DNA of 63,230 bases, filler included, from Actinomycetota bacterium (GCA_025963875.1; 4 parts of 4 records of this genome joined end to end with filler, not necessarily neighbours in it), one strand, 5' to 3'; positions 19,117 to 29,380 are shown, numbered from the whole stretch's first letter. Program-made: numbers and translations. The notes: generated by a model from the sequence alone, not told the origin.

Positions 19117-19146
19117 ACCGTACACCTGTTCGCCCGAGGGTGTCAA
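19117..19146 (-). promoter_or_regulatory. SigA-type promoter overlapped by LexA box 2
   Basis: TTGACA (19146-19141), 18 nt, TACGGT (19122-19117); CGAACAGGTGTACG (19132-19119) overlaps the spacer and the -10. Confidence 0.78.
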
Positions 19147-19210
19147 CATCGCGAAAAAGTCGCGCCCGGGGCGCCGGATAAGAACGGAGGAAGAGGTGTG
19201 GCGGGGGGGG

Positions 19211-19522
19211 TTAGAAGAAGCCGAGTGCGCTCTTGGCGAACTCGGACATCTTGTCCGGCCCCCAGGGCGGTTGCATGGTCATCTTGGTGTCGACGGCGGT
19301 GATGCCCTCCATCGACTCGACGGCCTCCCGGATCTCCTTCTCGAAGAGGGGGCCGACCGGGCATCCCATGGAGGTGAGGGTGTAGGTGACCGAAGCGGCC
19401 CCCTCCTCAGTCACGGCGACGTCGTAGACGAGGCCAAGGTCGACGATGTTGATCCCGATTTCGGGGTCGGTCACGACCTTGAGCGCTTCCCGGACTTCAT
19501 CGGTGGTTGGCATCCCAGCCAT
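19211..19522 (-). CDS. SufT/DUF59 metal-sulfur cluster assembly factor
   Basis: V.DPEIGINIVDLGLVY, TLTSMGCP, PPWGPDKMS. Confidence 0.92.
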   Translation of the reverse strand: MAGMPTTDEVREALKVVTDPEIGINIVDLGLVYDVAVTEEGAASVTYTLTSMGCPVGPLFEKEIREAVESMEGITAVDTKMTMQPPWGPDKMSEFAKSALGFF

Positions 19523-19534
19523 TTTAGCTCTGAT

Positions 19535-20590
19535 TCAGCCGGGGACGAAAAAGAAGGAGAGGGCGATGATCGCGTAGGCAGCCAGGAGCTGCGCCCCCTC
19601 CAGCCAGTCCGAGCGGCCGTCCCGGGAGATCAGCGCCACGATGGCGGTGGAGAAGCCGACCGCCGCGATCTCGAATCCCGAGAAGAAGAAGTCGAGGGGC
19701 TTGCCGACCACCAGGGAGAAGAAGACCAGGAAGGGCGCCACGAAGAGGGCGATCTGGGTGCTGGAGCCGACGGCGATCTCGATGGACACGTCCATCTGGT
19801 CGCGCATCGCGAGCCGGATGGCACCGGCGTGCTCGGCGGCGTTGCCGACCACCGGCACGAGGATCAGGCCGACGAAGGGCTTCGACAGGCCCAGGGCGTT
19901 GACCGCCGGCTGGAGTGACGCGACGAGGAAGTCGCTCAGCAGCGCCGTCCCGCCGGCCGCCGCGGCGAGCAGGAGGGTCGCCTGCCCCATCGACCACCTG
20001 GGTTCGGCCTCGGTGAGCGGGATGCCGAGGGCGTCGCGGTGGGTCTTGAAGGAGAACAGCAGCGAGCACAGGTAGAGGAGCATCAGGATGACGGCCACGC
20101 CCACCGACACCGTCTCCCGGGCGCTGGACGAGGCGGCGGGGGCGGCGCTGTGGAACAGGGTGGGCATGATGAGTCCCACGACCGCCAGGGCCAGGGAGAC
20201 CGTGTGCATGCCGGCGACCTTGGCGTTGAAGGTCTGCTCGCGATGCTTCAGCCCCCCGAACAACACCGAGGCCCCCAGGACGAGCAGCAGGTTGCCCACG
20301 ATGGCGCCGGTGATCGCCAGCTTCACGATCTCGAGCTCGCCGCCGATGATCAGGAAGGCCGAGACGATGACCTCGGGGAGGTTGGCGAAGGTGGCGTTGA
20401 GGAAGCCGCCCATCCGGGGGCCCAGCTTCACCGCCAGATCCTCGGTCGCCTGGCCGATGAGGGCCGCCAGCGGCACGATGCCCGACACCGACGCGACGAA
20501 GACGAGCCACTCGATACCGGCGGCCTTGGCAATGAGCGAGGCGGCGATGGAGACGAGCGCCCACCCGCCCATGACGGCCAGATTGTCCAC
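19535..20590 (-). CDS. Ca2+/H+ antiporter (CAX family)
   Basis: GGFLNATFAN.PE, GNLLLVLG, GNAAEH, GSSTQIAL, WLEGAQLL. Confidence 0.92.
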   Translation of the reverse strand: MDNLAVMGGWALVSIAASLIAKAAGIEWLVFVASVSGIVPLAALIGQATEDLAVKLGPRMGGFLNATFANLPEVIVSAFLIIGGELEIVKLAITGAIVGNLLLVLGASVLFGGLKHREQTFNAKVAGMHTVSLALAVVGLIMPTLFHSAAPAASSSARETVSVGVAVILMLLYLCSLLFSFKTHRDALGIPLTEAEPRWSMGQATLLLAAAAGGTALLSDFLVASLQPAVNALGLSKPFVGLILVPVVGNAAEHAGAIRLAMRDQMDVSIEIAVGSSTQIALFVAPFLVFFSLVVGKPLDFFFSGFEIAAVGFSTAIVALISRDGRSDWLEGAQLLAAYAIIALSFFFVPG

Positions 20591-20637
20591 TGGCCCGGAA
20601 CCTTACCGGATGCAAGGATGGGCACCGTGATGAGCCC

Positions 20638-21408
20638 ATGAAGGACGCGCTTCTCACGTTTTCCGACCCCAACCACGTTCCCTCCCGTCTGCTCGACCCC
20701 CCGGCCTGCGACTTCAGCGTCCTCACCCTCAATGGGGGATGGCCGGAGGACCTCGAGCGGTTCGCCGCTGCCCTGGCCCGCACGGGATCCGGGGCGGACT
20801 ACGAGCTCATCGCCGCATCGAACGCGTCTGCAGAGGTGGAGGAGACGGTCCGGCGCCTGGCGGCGGAAGATGGCAGGGTTCGGGGGCTCGTGTTCTCCCA
20901 GCGGGTCGGGTTCGGGGCGGCGCGCAACGCGGGCATCCTCCAGGCCCACGGCCGCATCGTCGTGGTGGCCGACACCTCCGTCGAGCCACTGGGCGACGTG
21001 CTCGGCCCCACGGCCGAGATCCTTGCCGACCCGGCGGTCGGGATGGCAGGGGTGTGGGGGCTTCTCTCGGCGGACCTCCGGTCGTTCGAGGAGGCGACTC
21101 CGGGGGAGGTCGACGCACTGCAGGCCTACTGGCTTGCCTTCCGCCGGTCCGACGTCCGCCCGGAACTGCTCTTCGACCCCAAGTTCACGTTCTACCGGAA
21201 CGCCGACATCGACTTCTCGCTGCGCTGGAGGGCGGCCGGCCACCGCCTGGTGGCGGCGCCCCTCCCGCTGGAGCGGCATACCCACCGGGAGTGGGAAGCG
21301 CTCGGGGACCACGAGCGCGAGCGCAAGAGCCGGGACAACTTCGCCAGGGTGCTGCGGAGCTGGCGGGATCGGACGGACCTGCTGACCGGGCGATCCAGGG
21401 CGCAGTGA
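20638..21408 (+). CDS. Glycosyltransferase family 2
   Basis: GFGAARNAG, VVADTSV, DPKFTFYRNADIDFSLR. Confidence 0.75.
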   Translation: MKDALLTFSDPNHVPSRLLDPPACDFSVLTLNGGWPEDLERFAAALARTGSGADYELIAASNASAEVEETVRRLAAEDGRVRGLVFSQRVGFGAARNAGILQAHGRIVVVADTSVEPLGDVLGPTAEILADPAVGMAGVWGLLSADLRSFEEATPGEVDALQAYWLAFRRSDVRPELLFDPKFTFYRNADIDFSLRWRAAGHRLVAAPLPLERHTHREWEALGDHERERKSRDNFARVLRSWRDRTDLLTGRSRAQ

Positions 21409-23477
21409 CCGGCTACGAGGAACTCGGGCCCCTTCATCCCATTGCCGGGCAGGGCGGGGCCGTCCGGGCCAGGCGGCCCTCCGACGGGGCCGAGGTCGTC
21501 CTGAAGCGCCTGTCGGGGGCGGGCAGCGAGGCCTGGCTGGGGCAGGTGGCCCGGCGGGCCGATTGGCTTGCTCGGATGGGGCACCCCGCCCTCCCCCGCA
21601 TCTTCGAGGTGATGGCGGAAGAGTCCGGGCTGGTGATCGTCATGGAGTACGCCGCCGGTGGCTCGCTCGCGGACCGCCTGGCCGGAGGCGGGATGCTGCG
21701 CCCCGGGGTGGTTGCGGAGCTGTTCTCCACGTTGGGTGAGGGCCTGGAGGTGGCCCACCGGGCGGGGATCCTGCACCTCGATCTCAAGCCGTCCAACATC
21801 CTGTTCCGGGCCAACGGCGATGCGTTCCTTTCCGACTTCGGCCACGACCGCCTGCTGGAGACCACCGGTCAGCCCACGCCGGGTGCCGCCGAGTACCTGG
21901 ATCCCGCCGTGGCCGAGGGCACCCCGCCGGACGCCCAGACCGACGTGTACGCCCTGGCGGCCCTCTCGTACCAGGCACTCACGGGGAGTCCTCCCTTCTC
22001 GGGCGAGAGCGTGGTGGAGGTGGCGGAGGCGGTCCGGGGGGATCGCCTGCGACCGGTGGCCGATGTCGTCAGCGGCCTTCCCGCCCTCCTCGCCGGTGCA
22101 GTGGAGCGGGCGCTGGCGCGGCCCCGGGAACACCGCTATCCCTCCGCCGGAGCATTCGCCGAGGCATTGCTGCCGGGCCAGGGCACGGTGCTCCCGGCGT
22201 TGCCGGCGAGCGACGTGCTCCCGCCGATGCCGCCGCCCGAGGCGGTCGCGGTGCCGTGGATGCCGGCACCGGAGGAGCCGCCCCCGGCCCGCGCCGGCCG
22301 GGGCAGGGCCCTCGGCCGGTGGCCGGTCGGAGCCGCCGTCCTGGGAGCCGTCATCCTTGTGGCGGCCCTTGTCGCGGTCCCCACCCTGCTCCGTGTGGTA
22401 GGGCTCCGCGGGACACCGACGACGCACCTGCTCGTCGGCCCCGCGCCGAGCTCCCCCGAGCCCCGCCCGACCCTCGCGTCGTTGCCCGTGGTGGAGGCGC
22501 CGACGAGCACCCCGCCAGGGCCCAGCCCGTCACCGTCCCCGCATCCCACGCCCACAGCCCCCAAACCCGGGCTGGCCCCGGCGCCGAGACGTCCAATTCC
22601 CGCCACGACAGCCGCGCCGGCGTTTGTGCCGTCCCCCAGCCCGATCCCGGCGCCGCCGCTGCCGCCCAAGGGCCAGCGGATCGCCTTCACCGGCACCAAG
22701 GACGGCAGGCCGTCGATCTATGTCACGGACCCCACGGGAAGCGTCGTGATCCGTTTGACGAACAGCCCCGTGGGTGAGGACTCGCAGCCCGCCTGGTCAC
22801 CGGACGGCACCAGGATCGCCTTCACGAGCACGCGCGACGGCAGCCGGCAGATCTACCTGATGAACGCCGACGGGACCAACCAGCACCGCCTGACCGCGGG
22901 GACTGCCAACAACTACGACCCGGCCTGGGATCCGACCAGCGCCACGATTGCCTACGTGAGCGACCAGACCGGGACACCGGAGGTCTACGCGATCGGCGCC
23001 CTCGGCGGCCAGGGGCAGTACGCGGGGCCGGCACCTGTCCAGAACTACACCCACTCCACCTTCGCCCAGCCGGCGTTCTCGCCCGACGGCCGGACGCTGG
23101 CGGCCACCACGCTCCTCAGCGGCACGATGATCGTGACCTGGAAGATCTCCGGCGCCCTCATCGCGGGCCTGAACTCGCCGCCCATCCCCCACGTGGAGAA
23201 TCCCGCCTGGTCGCCCAGCGGGTCGCAGATCGTGTACGGCAGCTCCGACGGCAAGGTCCAGGTGTGGGTCATGGCTCCGGACGGGTCCGGCAAGCTGGCC
23301 CTGACCGCCGGCCCGTCCAACAATGCCGAACCCCGGTTCTCCCCCACAGGGGACCGGATCGTCTTCGTCACCGACCGGGTGGGGCTGCGCCAGGTGTGGG
23401 CGATGAGCGCCGACGGCACCCACCAGGCCCTGGTCGTCAATGTCCCCGGGGAGACCTACGACCCATCCTGGGGATGA
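21405..23477 (+). CDS. Membrane Ser/Thr protein kinase with a Pro-rich linker and an extracellular TolB/PD40 beta-propeller
   Basis: GTG overlaps the GT2 stop (GTGA); VVLK, VMEY, HLDLKPSN, SDFG, DVYAL; one TM helix; repeated PAWSPDG / PAFSPDG / PRFSPTG. Confidence 0.88.
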   Translation: MTGYEELGPLHPIAGQGGAVRARRPSDGAEVVLKRLSGAGSEAWLGQVARRADWLARMGHPALPRIFEVMAEESGLVIVMEYAAGGSLADRLAGGGMLRPGVVAELFSTLGEGLEVAHRAGILHLDLKPSNILFRANGDAFLSDFGHDRLLETTGQPTPGAAEYLDPAVAEGTPPDAQTDVYALAALSYQALTGSPPFSGESVVEVAEAVRGDRLRPVADVVSGLPALLAGAVERALARPREHRYPSAGAFAEALLPGQGTVLPALPASDVLPPMPPPEAVAVPWMPAPEEPPPARAGRGRALGRWPVGAAVLGAVILVAALVAVPTLLRVVGLRGTPTTHLLVGPAPSSPEPRPTLASLPVVEAPTSTPPGPSPSPSPHPTPTAPKPGLAPAPRRPIPATTAAPAFVPSPSPIPAPPLPPKGQRIAFTGTKDGRPSIYVTDPTGSVVIRLTNSPVGEDSQPAWSPDGTRIAFTSTRDGSRQIYLMNADGTNQHRLTAGTANNYDPAWDPTSATIAYVSDQTGTPEVYAIGALGGQGQYAGPAPVQNYTHSTFAQPAFSPDGRTLAATTLLSGTMIVTWKISGALIAGLNSPPIPHVENPAWSPSGSQIVYGSSDGKVQVWVMAPDGSGKLALTAGPSNNAEPRFSPTGDRIVFVTDRVGLRQVWAMSADGTHQALVVNVPGETYDPSWG

Positions 23478-24136
23478 GGCAGTGGGGTGGTGCGCAGGGC
23501 CTGGCTGAGCCAGCGGGCCGCCGCCCCGGGGTCCGCCGCTTCGGTGAGCGCCCGCACCACGGCGATCCGGCGGGCCCCCGCCGCGAGGACCTCCGCCAGG
23601 TTCCCGGCATCGACTCCGCCGATGGCGAAGAACGGCTGGGCTGCCCGCTCGGCAGCGAAGCGCAGGAGGTCCGGGCCCACCGCCGGGCGGCCGGGCTTGG
23701 TGGGCGTCGCGTAGACGGGGCCCACGGCGATGTAGTCGGCCTCTGAGGAGGCGGACGAGGAGGACGAGGCGGCGTCGAGGATCTCTCCGGGAGCATGGGT
23801 CGACAGACCGATCAGCGCCTGCGGCCCCATCTGCCGCCGGGCCTCGGCTGGCGAGAGGTCCTGCTGGCCGACGTGGACCCCGTCGGCCTCGGCCGCGATG
23901 GCGAGGTCCACGCGGTCGTTGACGAGGAACAGGGCCCCGAACTCAAGGGTGCGGCGCCGGACGACGGCGGCAAGCTCCAGGAGCGGTCGGGCCTCGAGGT
24001 GCTTGTCGCGGAGCTGCACGATGTCGACGCCTGCCTCGAGAACCCGGGGCAGGAACTCGTCGAGCGGTCCTGCCGGAGGTTCCCCCGGCGTGACGAGGTA
24101 GAGCCTGGCGGCGAGGAGGCGCTCATTCAGCGTCAA
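23456..24136 (-). CDS. thiE: Thiamine phosphate synthase
   Basis: [41 protein letters not shown]. Confidence 0.95.
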   Translation of the reverse strand: MTLNERLLAARLYLVTPGEPPAGPLDEFLPRVLEAGVDIVQLRDKHLEARPLLELAAVVRRRTLEFGALFLVNDRVDLAIAAEADGVHVGQQDLSPAEARRQMGPQALIGLSTHAPGEILDAASSSSSASSEADYIAVGPVYATPTKPGRPAVGPDLLRFAAERAAQPFFAIGGVDAGNLAEVLAAGARRIAVVRALTEAADPGAAARWLSQALRTTPLPHPQDGS

Positions 24137-24173
24137 CGGTCCGGCCCCGGAACTGGAAATGACCTGGAAATGG

Positions 24174-24205
24174 CGGGAGGCCGGACCATACGGTCCGGCC
24201 TCCCG
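24174..24205 (-). terminator. Intrinsic terminator of the LPVTG surface-protein gene
   Basis: Perfect 14-bp stem cgggaggccggacc-atac-ggtccggcctcccg, 16 nt past the stop, followed on the minus strand by ccatttcc. Confidence 0.75.
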
Positions 24206-24221
24206 AACTGAATTGCGGTGG

Positions 24222-25928
24222 TTAGCCCTTGGTGCCCATCAGGGCCTTGAAGCCACGGCGACCGAATGCCAGGGCGCCGAGGGTGATGAGGAGAGCGACT
24301 GCGTAGTACCTGCCGGTCAGGCCACCGGTGACCGGGAGCGCCCTGCCGGCGCCGCCGCTGATGGTCGGCAACTGGATTGTTGCCGAGCCTGCCGCGGGCA
24401 CGGCGATCGTCGACGAGCCCTGGGCGTTGGCGATGGCACAACTCGCCGTCACGTTGGCCTTCTCGGTGAAGGTCCCACCTCCCGAGTTCGAGGCAACCTT
24501 CATGTGCACCACAAGGTCCTTCGTGGCGCCAGGAGGCAGCGGGCCGATGTCGTTCCAGGTGAGGGTGGAGGAGGTGGCGCTGTCAGCCTTGGGGTCCTCG
24601 CCCAGGATGCTGAACCGAACACCGGAGGTCCCCGTCACCGTGTCCACAACCTTGACGCCCGTGAGGGTGCAGGAGTGGGGGTTGTGCACGTGGATGATGT
24701 AGTTGAAGGTGTCGCCCGGGTTCACCTTCTCGGGCTGCGCCTCCTTGCTGACGTCCACCTGGCAGAGGATCCCGCCAGCCGGAACCGTGGCGCTCGCCTC
24801 CATGTGGCCGACGCGGAGGTCGGCGACATTGGGGGCCGTGATGCTGACGAGGTCGGCTTCACCCGAGACCGACGTCCCGTCGGCAGCGGCCACCGGTGCG
24901 GAGCCGACGACGCCTCCGAGGGCGTGCGGCGGCGTAGCGACCGAGACGTTGATGACGCCGAGGGGAATGTTGATGCCCTGGCCCCCAATGAGCTGCTGGG
25001 CCGTGATGATGAACGGGACACCCCCGGCGGCTTGGATCGTGAGGATCGGGGTCGTGCCGGGAGTTCCGTCCGGAGGGCCGTACTGCATGTAGGCCCCGCC
25101 GGGAACGCCGGTGGCGACTGCCCGGAGGTGGATCGGGCCGACGACCGTGACGGTCACAGCGCCGCCGAGCAGGCCGATCGGAGCGTAGGTCTGGATGTTC
25201 TCGGACATGAGGCCGACGCCCGTGCCGCCGCCGATGGTGGCGCCGGTGGCATCGGTCTGCGGGACCAGCCGCAGATGCGACGTGGTCGAGAGCTCACCCG
25301 GGGCGTTGACTGCCGCCGTCGGGTTGGGCGAGCCGACCGCCGTGGCATTGGCGAGGTGCCCGAAGCCGTTGCTGATGTCCTGGCCCAGCACGCAGCCGTT
25401 GTTGCCCTGCGGGTCGGTGTACCAGTTGGCCTGGGCCCTGCCCTCGGCGAGGGTGGCGTTCACGACGGGGTCCAGGGCGAGGTTGGTCTTGTTGTCGATC
25501 AGCCCGCTGTTCGGCGGGGCCGTGGCGACCGCCTTCTGCGTGATGAGGGCACTCGCCGTGGCGACCGGGTTGTTCTGGCCGATGCCGAGCTCGATGCCGG
25601 CGCCCCGGGCGCCCGACTTCTTGGTTGCGTCGGCGGCCTGGATGACCGTGTTGATCTTGCTGTCGATCTGGCTGGTGAAGCCCGCCGAGTTCGCCGCCGC
25701 CCCCGCGAAGGCCTGGTCAAGCTCGGCGAGCGTCGTCGGGCCGCTGGTCAGGACACCGGCGTGGACGACAGCGCCGGAGGCGTAGCCGTTGTAGTTCGCC
25801 GAGGCCACAGACGTCTGCGCCGAGGCAGGCCCCCCCGCCAGCAGGCCTACCGCCCCCATCAGGGACACCGTTACTCCTGAAGCCAGAGCCCTCGACAGAG
25901 TTCTCCTTGTCGTTCTTGATGCCCCCAC
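24222..25928 (-). CDS. Sortase-anchored surface protein with a DUF11-like Ig domain (LPVTG)
   Basis: GTG after GGAGGAGG; signal peptide ending PASA; VSKEA..VNPGDTFNYIIHVHN..LTGVKVVDT; LPVTG + TM + basic tail. Confidence 0.8.
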   Translation of the reverse strand: MGASRTTRRTLSRALASGVTVSLMGAVGLLAGGPASAQTSVASANYNGYASGAVVHAGVLTSGPTTLAELDQAFAGAAANSAGFTSQIDSKINTVIQAADATKKSGARGAGIELGIGQNNPVATASALITQKAVATAPPNSGLIDNKTNLALDPVVNATLAEGRAQANWYTDPQGNNGCVLGQDISNGFGHLANATAVGSPNPTAAVNAPGELSTTSHLRLVPQTDATGATIGGGTGVGLMSENIQTYAPIGLLGGAVTVTVVGPIHLRAVATGVPGGAYMQYGPPDGTPGTTPILTIQAAGGVPFIITAQQLIGGQGINIPLGVINVSVATPPHALGGVVGSAPVAAADGTSVSGEADLVSITAPNVADLRVGHMEASATVPAGGILCQVDVSKEAQPEKVNPGDTFNYIIHVHNPHSCTLTGVKVVDTVTGTSGVRFSILGEDPKADSATSSTLTWNDIGPLPPGATKDLVVHMKVASNSGGGTFTEKANVTASCAIANAQGSSTIAVPAAGSATIQLPTISGGAGRALPVTGGLTGRYYAVALLITLGALAFGRRGFKALMGTKG

Positions 25929-26626
25929 GCCTCCTCCTTCCTTCTTGGTCGTCATACCGACCATTTGGTGAGCCGGAGCCGTCCGGCCCGTCTGGCTGTG
26001 TTTCCCATCAGTGAAACTTTGTAGCCCGTTCTCTGTAGACAAACGCATGACTGGGCGAAACTACATCGCCATGTCACGGGGTTTGTCATGGAGCGTCTCC
26101 CTTCAAGAAAATTGGCCCCCTTGCGCCCGAGATGTATACGCCACATGAGACGAAATAGTCAAATGTTGGAACAACCCCGATATTCTCAAGTGTTCTAGGA
26201 TTCAAGGATGGCGTGATGAACGTCGCTCCGCCCAAGCCGATTGCCTAGTCAAACGGCCGTACTCCGGGTGGAACCCTAGCCGTCCGCTGGGGTGATTCGC
26301 AAGCTTTGGCGGTGCCGGACCTGGGACCCCGGGCACATCGCATCACCCCCGGCCGGGAGGATGACCGGTTTGGTTCGGTCACGTCCCCAGGCATTCGGGG
26401 GAGGCGGACCAGCCCGATACGACGACAAGTCCGCCCGATTTGCTCTCTTCGACACGGAAGTCGGATGATATTTCCGTTTCCGGGGACGTTTTGCCGAATT
26501 TCGGGTGACGCCCCCGTGTGATTTCGGGGACCGGCCCGTTAATCCCAGTGAATGGGCTAGTTAAGCGCCCCAGAAGAGTGACCGATCTACATCAGAGATC
26601 GGAAGACCGAGAGGAGGAACTGCTCA

Positions 26627-28129
26627 GTGAAACGGCTGTTAGTGGTACCCGTAGTGATGATGTTCCTACTGACAGCGTTCGTGCCGGTGGCAAGCGCCGA
26701 CACCTCGAACGTCGTTTTCATGGGCCAGGGACAGAGCAGCGCGCTTGACTTGTCGGTCCCGCTCCTCAACTCGCTTCCGACCAGCATCCTGAGCGGCATC
26801 CTGGGCAACCTCGGGGCACTCGGCAAGGGCATCACCGCCGGGCACACCGAGACCACCTTCGAGGGCCTCACCAACCCGTCGGTCAACGGTCTGGCCCTCG
26901 GCGTCTGCAGCCTGCTGGGTTCGAACCTTCTCTCGCTACCGGCCACCAGCGGTACCCTTCCCGGGACCCTGCCGGCCCTGGGTGGCCTGCCGAGCCTCGG
27001 CGGACTCTGCAACGGCCAGACGCAGGCGACCTCCAGCTCGGTCGGGAGCCACGGCACCACGAGCCCGACGTGCAACGACCTCAACATCGCCATCCTGGAC
27101 ATCAAGACCTCGTGCTCGCAGTCGTTCTCGACGATCGACGGCGGACGTCCCGTCAGCCAGAACAACGCGGGCGTCGCTGAGATCAACGTCGCCCTGCTCC
27201 CGAACGTCCTCGGCGGTCTCGGGCTGAACAGCCTGCTCGGCAGCCTCGGGCTCGGCAACCTGCTCGGCGGCGGCACGACAGGCACGGCAGGCTCCCTGCC
27301 GGTCGTCAGCCAGCTTCCGGTCGCCCCGCTCGTCGACAACCTGCTCAACGGCCTGTTGAAGGGGGTCGCAGGCAACGCCGGCGTCCCGCTCGCCACCAAC
27401 GACCTGGTGGGCACGCTGACCAACACCCTGCAGCAGGTGCTCGGCAACGCCGGCAACCTCGTCACGATCCGCCTCGGCACCGGCTCGTCCGTGCTGTCGA
27501 ACAACGGGTCTGCGACGCAGGAGACCACGCAGGCAGCCGGCGCACACATCGGCCTCATCGCCGACCTCATCCAGATCGACGTGGGCGCAGCCAACTCCAC
27601 GGTCAGCTGGAACGACGCAACCGGCCAGGCGACCGGCGACGCTGCTCCGGCAATCGCCACGATCAAGATCGCCAACCCGCTTGGGGGCGCTCCCCTGCTG
27701 AACCTCCCGCTGACCATCCCCAGCGTGGGCGGTCTGCTGAGCCTGGGTGGCCTCACGCAGGCCGATCAGTCGGGCAACCTGACCCTGCTGGCCGGCACGC
27801 CACTGGAGACCACGATCAAGATCGCCAGCGCGACGCCGCACCAGACGGGCCGTAACGTCACCTCGTCTTCGGATGGTGTCTCGATCCTCGCCCTCAAGGG
27901 CCTCGGCGCCTCGTCGCTCGGAGCCATGGACGGCGGTCTTCGCCTGCGGCTGGCCTCGTCGAGTGCCTCCGTCGCCGGCGACATCCTGAAGGTGGCGGCC
28001 GCAGCTCCCTCGCTTCCCATCACCGGTGGGCCGACCTACGTCTTCCTCGCCGGTGCTGCGTTCCTGGCAGTCGCTGCGGCCCACGTCATCCGCAACTCCC
28101 GGCGCATCCGGGCAGGGGCGAGCAAGTAA
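26627..28129 (+). CDS. Sortase-anchored Gly/Leu/Asn-rich surface protein (LPITG)
   Basis: GTG after GAGGAGG; signal peptide ending VASA; LPITG + TM + RRIR tail; adjacent to the sortase. Confidence 0.82.
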   Translation: MKRLLVVPVVMMFLLTAFVPVASADTSNVVFMGQGQSSALDLSVPLLNSLPTSILSGILGNLGALGKGITAGHTETTFEGLTNPSVNGLALGVCSLLGSNLLSLPATSGTLPGTLPALGGLPSLGGLCNGQTQATSSSVGSHGTTSPTCNDLNIAILDIKTSCSQSFSTIDGGRPVSQNNAGVAEINVALLPNVLGGLGLNSLLGSLGLGNLLGGGTTGTAGSLPVVSQLPVAPLVDNLLNGLLKGVAGNAGVPLATNDLVGTLTNTLQQVLGNAGNLVTIRLGTGSSVLSNNGSATQETTQAAGAHIGLIADLIQIDVGAANSTVSWNDATGQATGDAAPAIATIKIANPLGGAPLLNLPLTIPSVGGLLSLGGLTQADQSGNLTLLAGTPLETTIKIASATPHQTGRNVTSSSDGVSILALKGLGASSLGAMDGGLRLRLASSSASVAGDILKVAAAAPSLPITGGPTYVFLAGAAFLAVAAAHVIRNSRRIRAGASK

Positions 28130-28151
28130 TGAAGGATAGAGGGATCGCTGC

Positions 28152-28841
28152 GTGAAGTATCTAGCGACCCCGAAGGCTCGGCGTGCGCTCGCCACCATCC
28201 TGTCGTGTCTCGCGATAGCGATGGTGGTGGGCGCCGTGGGTCTCCTCGGGTACCCCACGTACACGAACATCCGAGCCAGCCGGGAGCAGAAGGCTCTCCG
28301 CAACGAGTTCCTGACGTCCTCCAAGCTGAAGCAGGCGTACCAGGCAGCTTCCACGCCCGGGGCCGCCATGGGGACCAAGGTCACGCTCGCCGAGGGTTCC
28401 GCAGTGACCCGCATCCAGATCCCCAGGATGGGATTGGACACGGTGGTGGTGCAGGGCACGTCCAACCAGGCTCTTGCGGCCGGGTCGGGCCACTACCCGC
28501 AGACGCCGCTGCCGTGCTCGCCGCAGGGCAACGTGGGGATCGCCGGGCACCGGACGATGAACGGTCACCCGTTCCAGCACCTCGACCAGCTCGTCGCGGG
28601 GGACAAGGTCATCCTCACGACACCGTTCCAGACGTGCACCTACAAGATCGTCGCCAGCGTCGACGGCCACGCCAACCCGTACGTCACCGACCCCAACGAC
28701 TGGACGGTCATCGCCCAGACACCGAAGCCGATGCTCACGATGAGCACCTGCACGCCCGAGGGAACCGCACGTCAACGCCTGGTGGCCCGTGCCGAACTCG
28801 TCTCGACGACGAACACGGTGCCGGGGGCGTCCGTCAAGTAG
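28152..28841 (+). CDS. Sortase (class D/E-like)
   Basis: N-terminal TM; GHYP.TPLP, GNVGIAGHR, LTMSTCTP and RQRLV provide the catalytic His/Cys/Arg. Confidence 0.92.
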   Translation: MKYLATPKARRALATILSCLAIAMVVGAVGLLGYPTYTNIRASREQKALRNEFLTSSKLKQAYQAASTPGAAMGTKVTLAEGSAVTRIQIPRMGLDTVVVQGTSNQALAAGSGHYPQTPLPCSPQGNVGIAGHRTMNGHPFQHLDQLVAGDKVILTTPFQTCTYKIVASVDGHANPYVTDPNDWTVIAQTPKPMLTMSTCTPEGTARQRLVARAELVSTTNTVPGASVK

Positions 28842-28930
28842 CCAGAAATATCCAAGTAGCGAAAAAAAGGGCCGAGTAGCAGAATTGGTCGCCGGTCAAC
28901 GAGTCCGAGCTTAAAGGAGCGTCCCACACG

Positions 28931-29064
28931 ATGAAGGTCAAGCGTCTTCTCGGGTCCCTCGCCGTTGCGGGGACACTCACGGCCCTCTCGATCGGCACGG
29001 CCGCCCCGGCGTTCGCCTCGCCGCACATCACCTTCACCCTGACCCCGTCCGACGGCACGCCGCT
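28931..29064 (+). CDS. Secreted protein, N-terminal fragment (contig end)
   Basis: AAGGAG RBS; MKVKRLLGSLAVAGTLTALSIGTAAPAFA signal peptide; runs into the linker. Confidence 0.7.
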
Positions 29065-29164
29065 NNNNNNNNNNNNNNNNNNNNNNNNNNNNNNNNNNNN
29101 NNNNNNNNTTAATTAATTAANNNNNNNNNNNNNNNNNNNNNNNNNNNNNNNNNNNNNNNNNNNN
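29065..29164. other. Artificial contig linker
   Basis: N run + TTAATTAATTAA (stops in all frames) + N run, 100 nt. Confidence 0.98.
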
Positions 29165-29380
29165 AAGATGCCGAGTGCCCAAACCTCGGGCCTGCCTCTT
29201 CTACTAAGATCCGTTAGACAGCCCGTTGCGAAATTCCACCCTCGGGCCTTGTCCCATCCGATGTCGTCACGTCGAATGTCGGGGACAAATATCGGCACTG
29301 CTCACTGAACGTGGCCAGCCCACCCGTTTGTCCCCGACCTTTTCCGACCAACTGCCCGGTTTCCCGCCCGGTGCCCGCAC

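Noticed and set aside
20739..21404. Apparent 220-aa N-terminal extension of the kinase ORF
   Set aside because: Overlaps the GT2 gene in another frame; the GTG at 21405 gives the natural start
23740..23775. Ser run in ThiE ([10 protein letters not shown])
   Set aside because: Short in-frame low-complexity loop expansion; catalytic motifs intact
25930..26626. Possible riboswitch (c-di-AMP, c-di-GMP) in the long divergent spacer
   Set aside because: No recognisable consensus by eye and only short hairpins; an Rfam scan would be needed to exclude it fully
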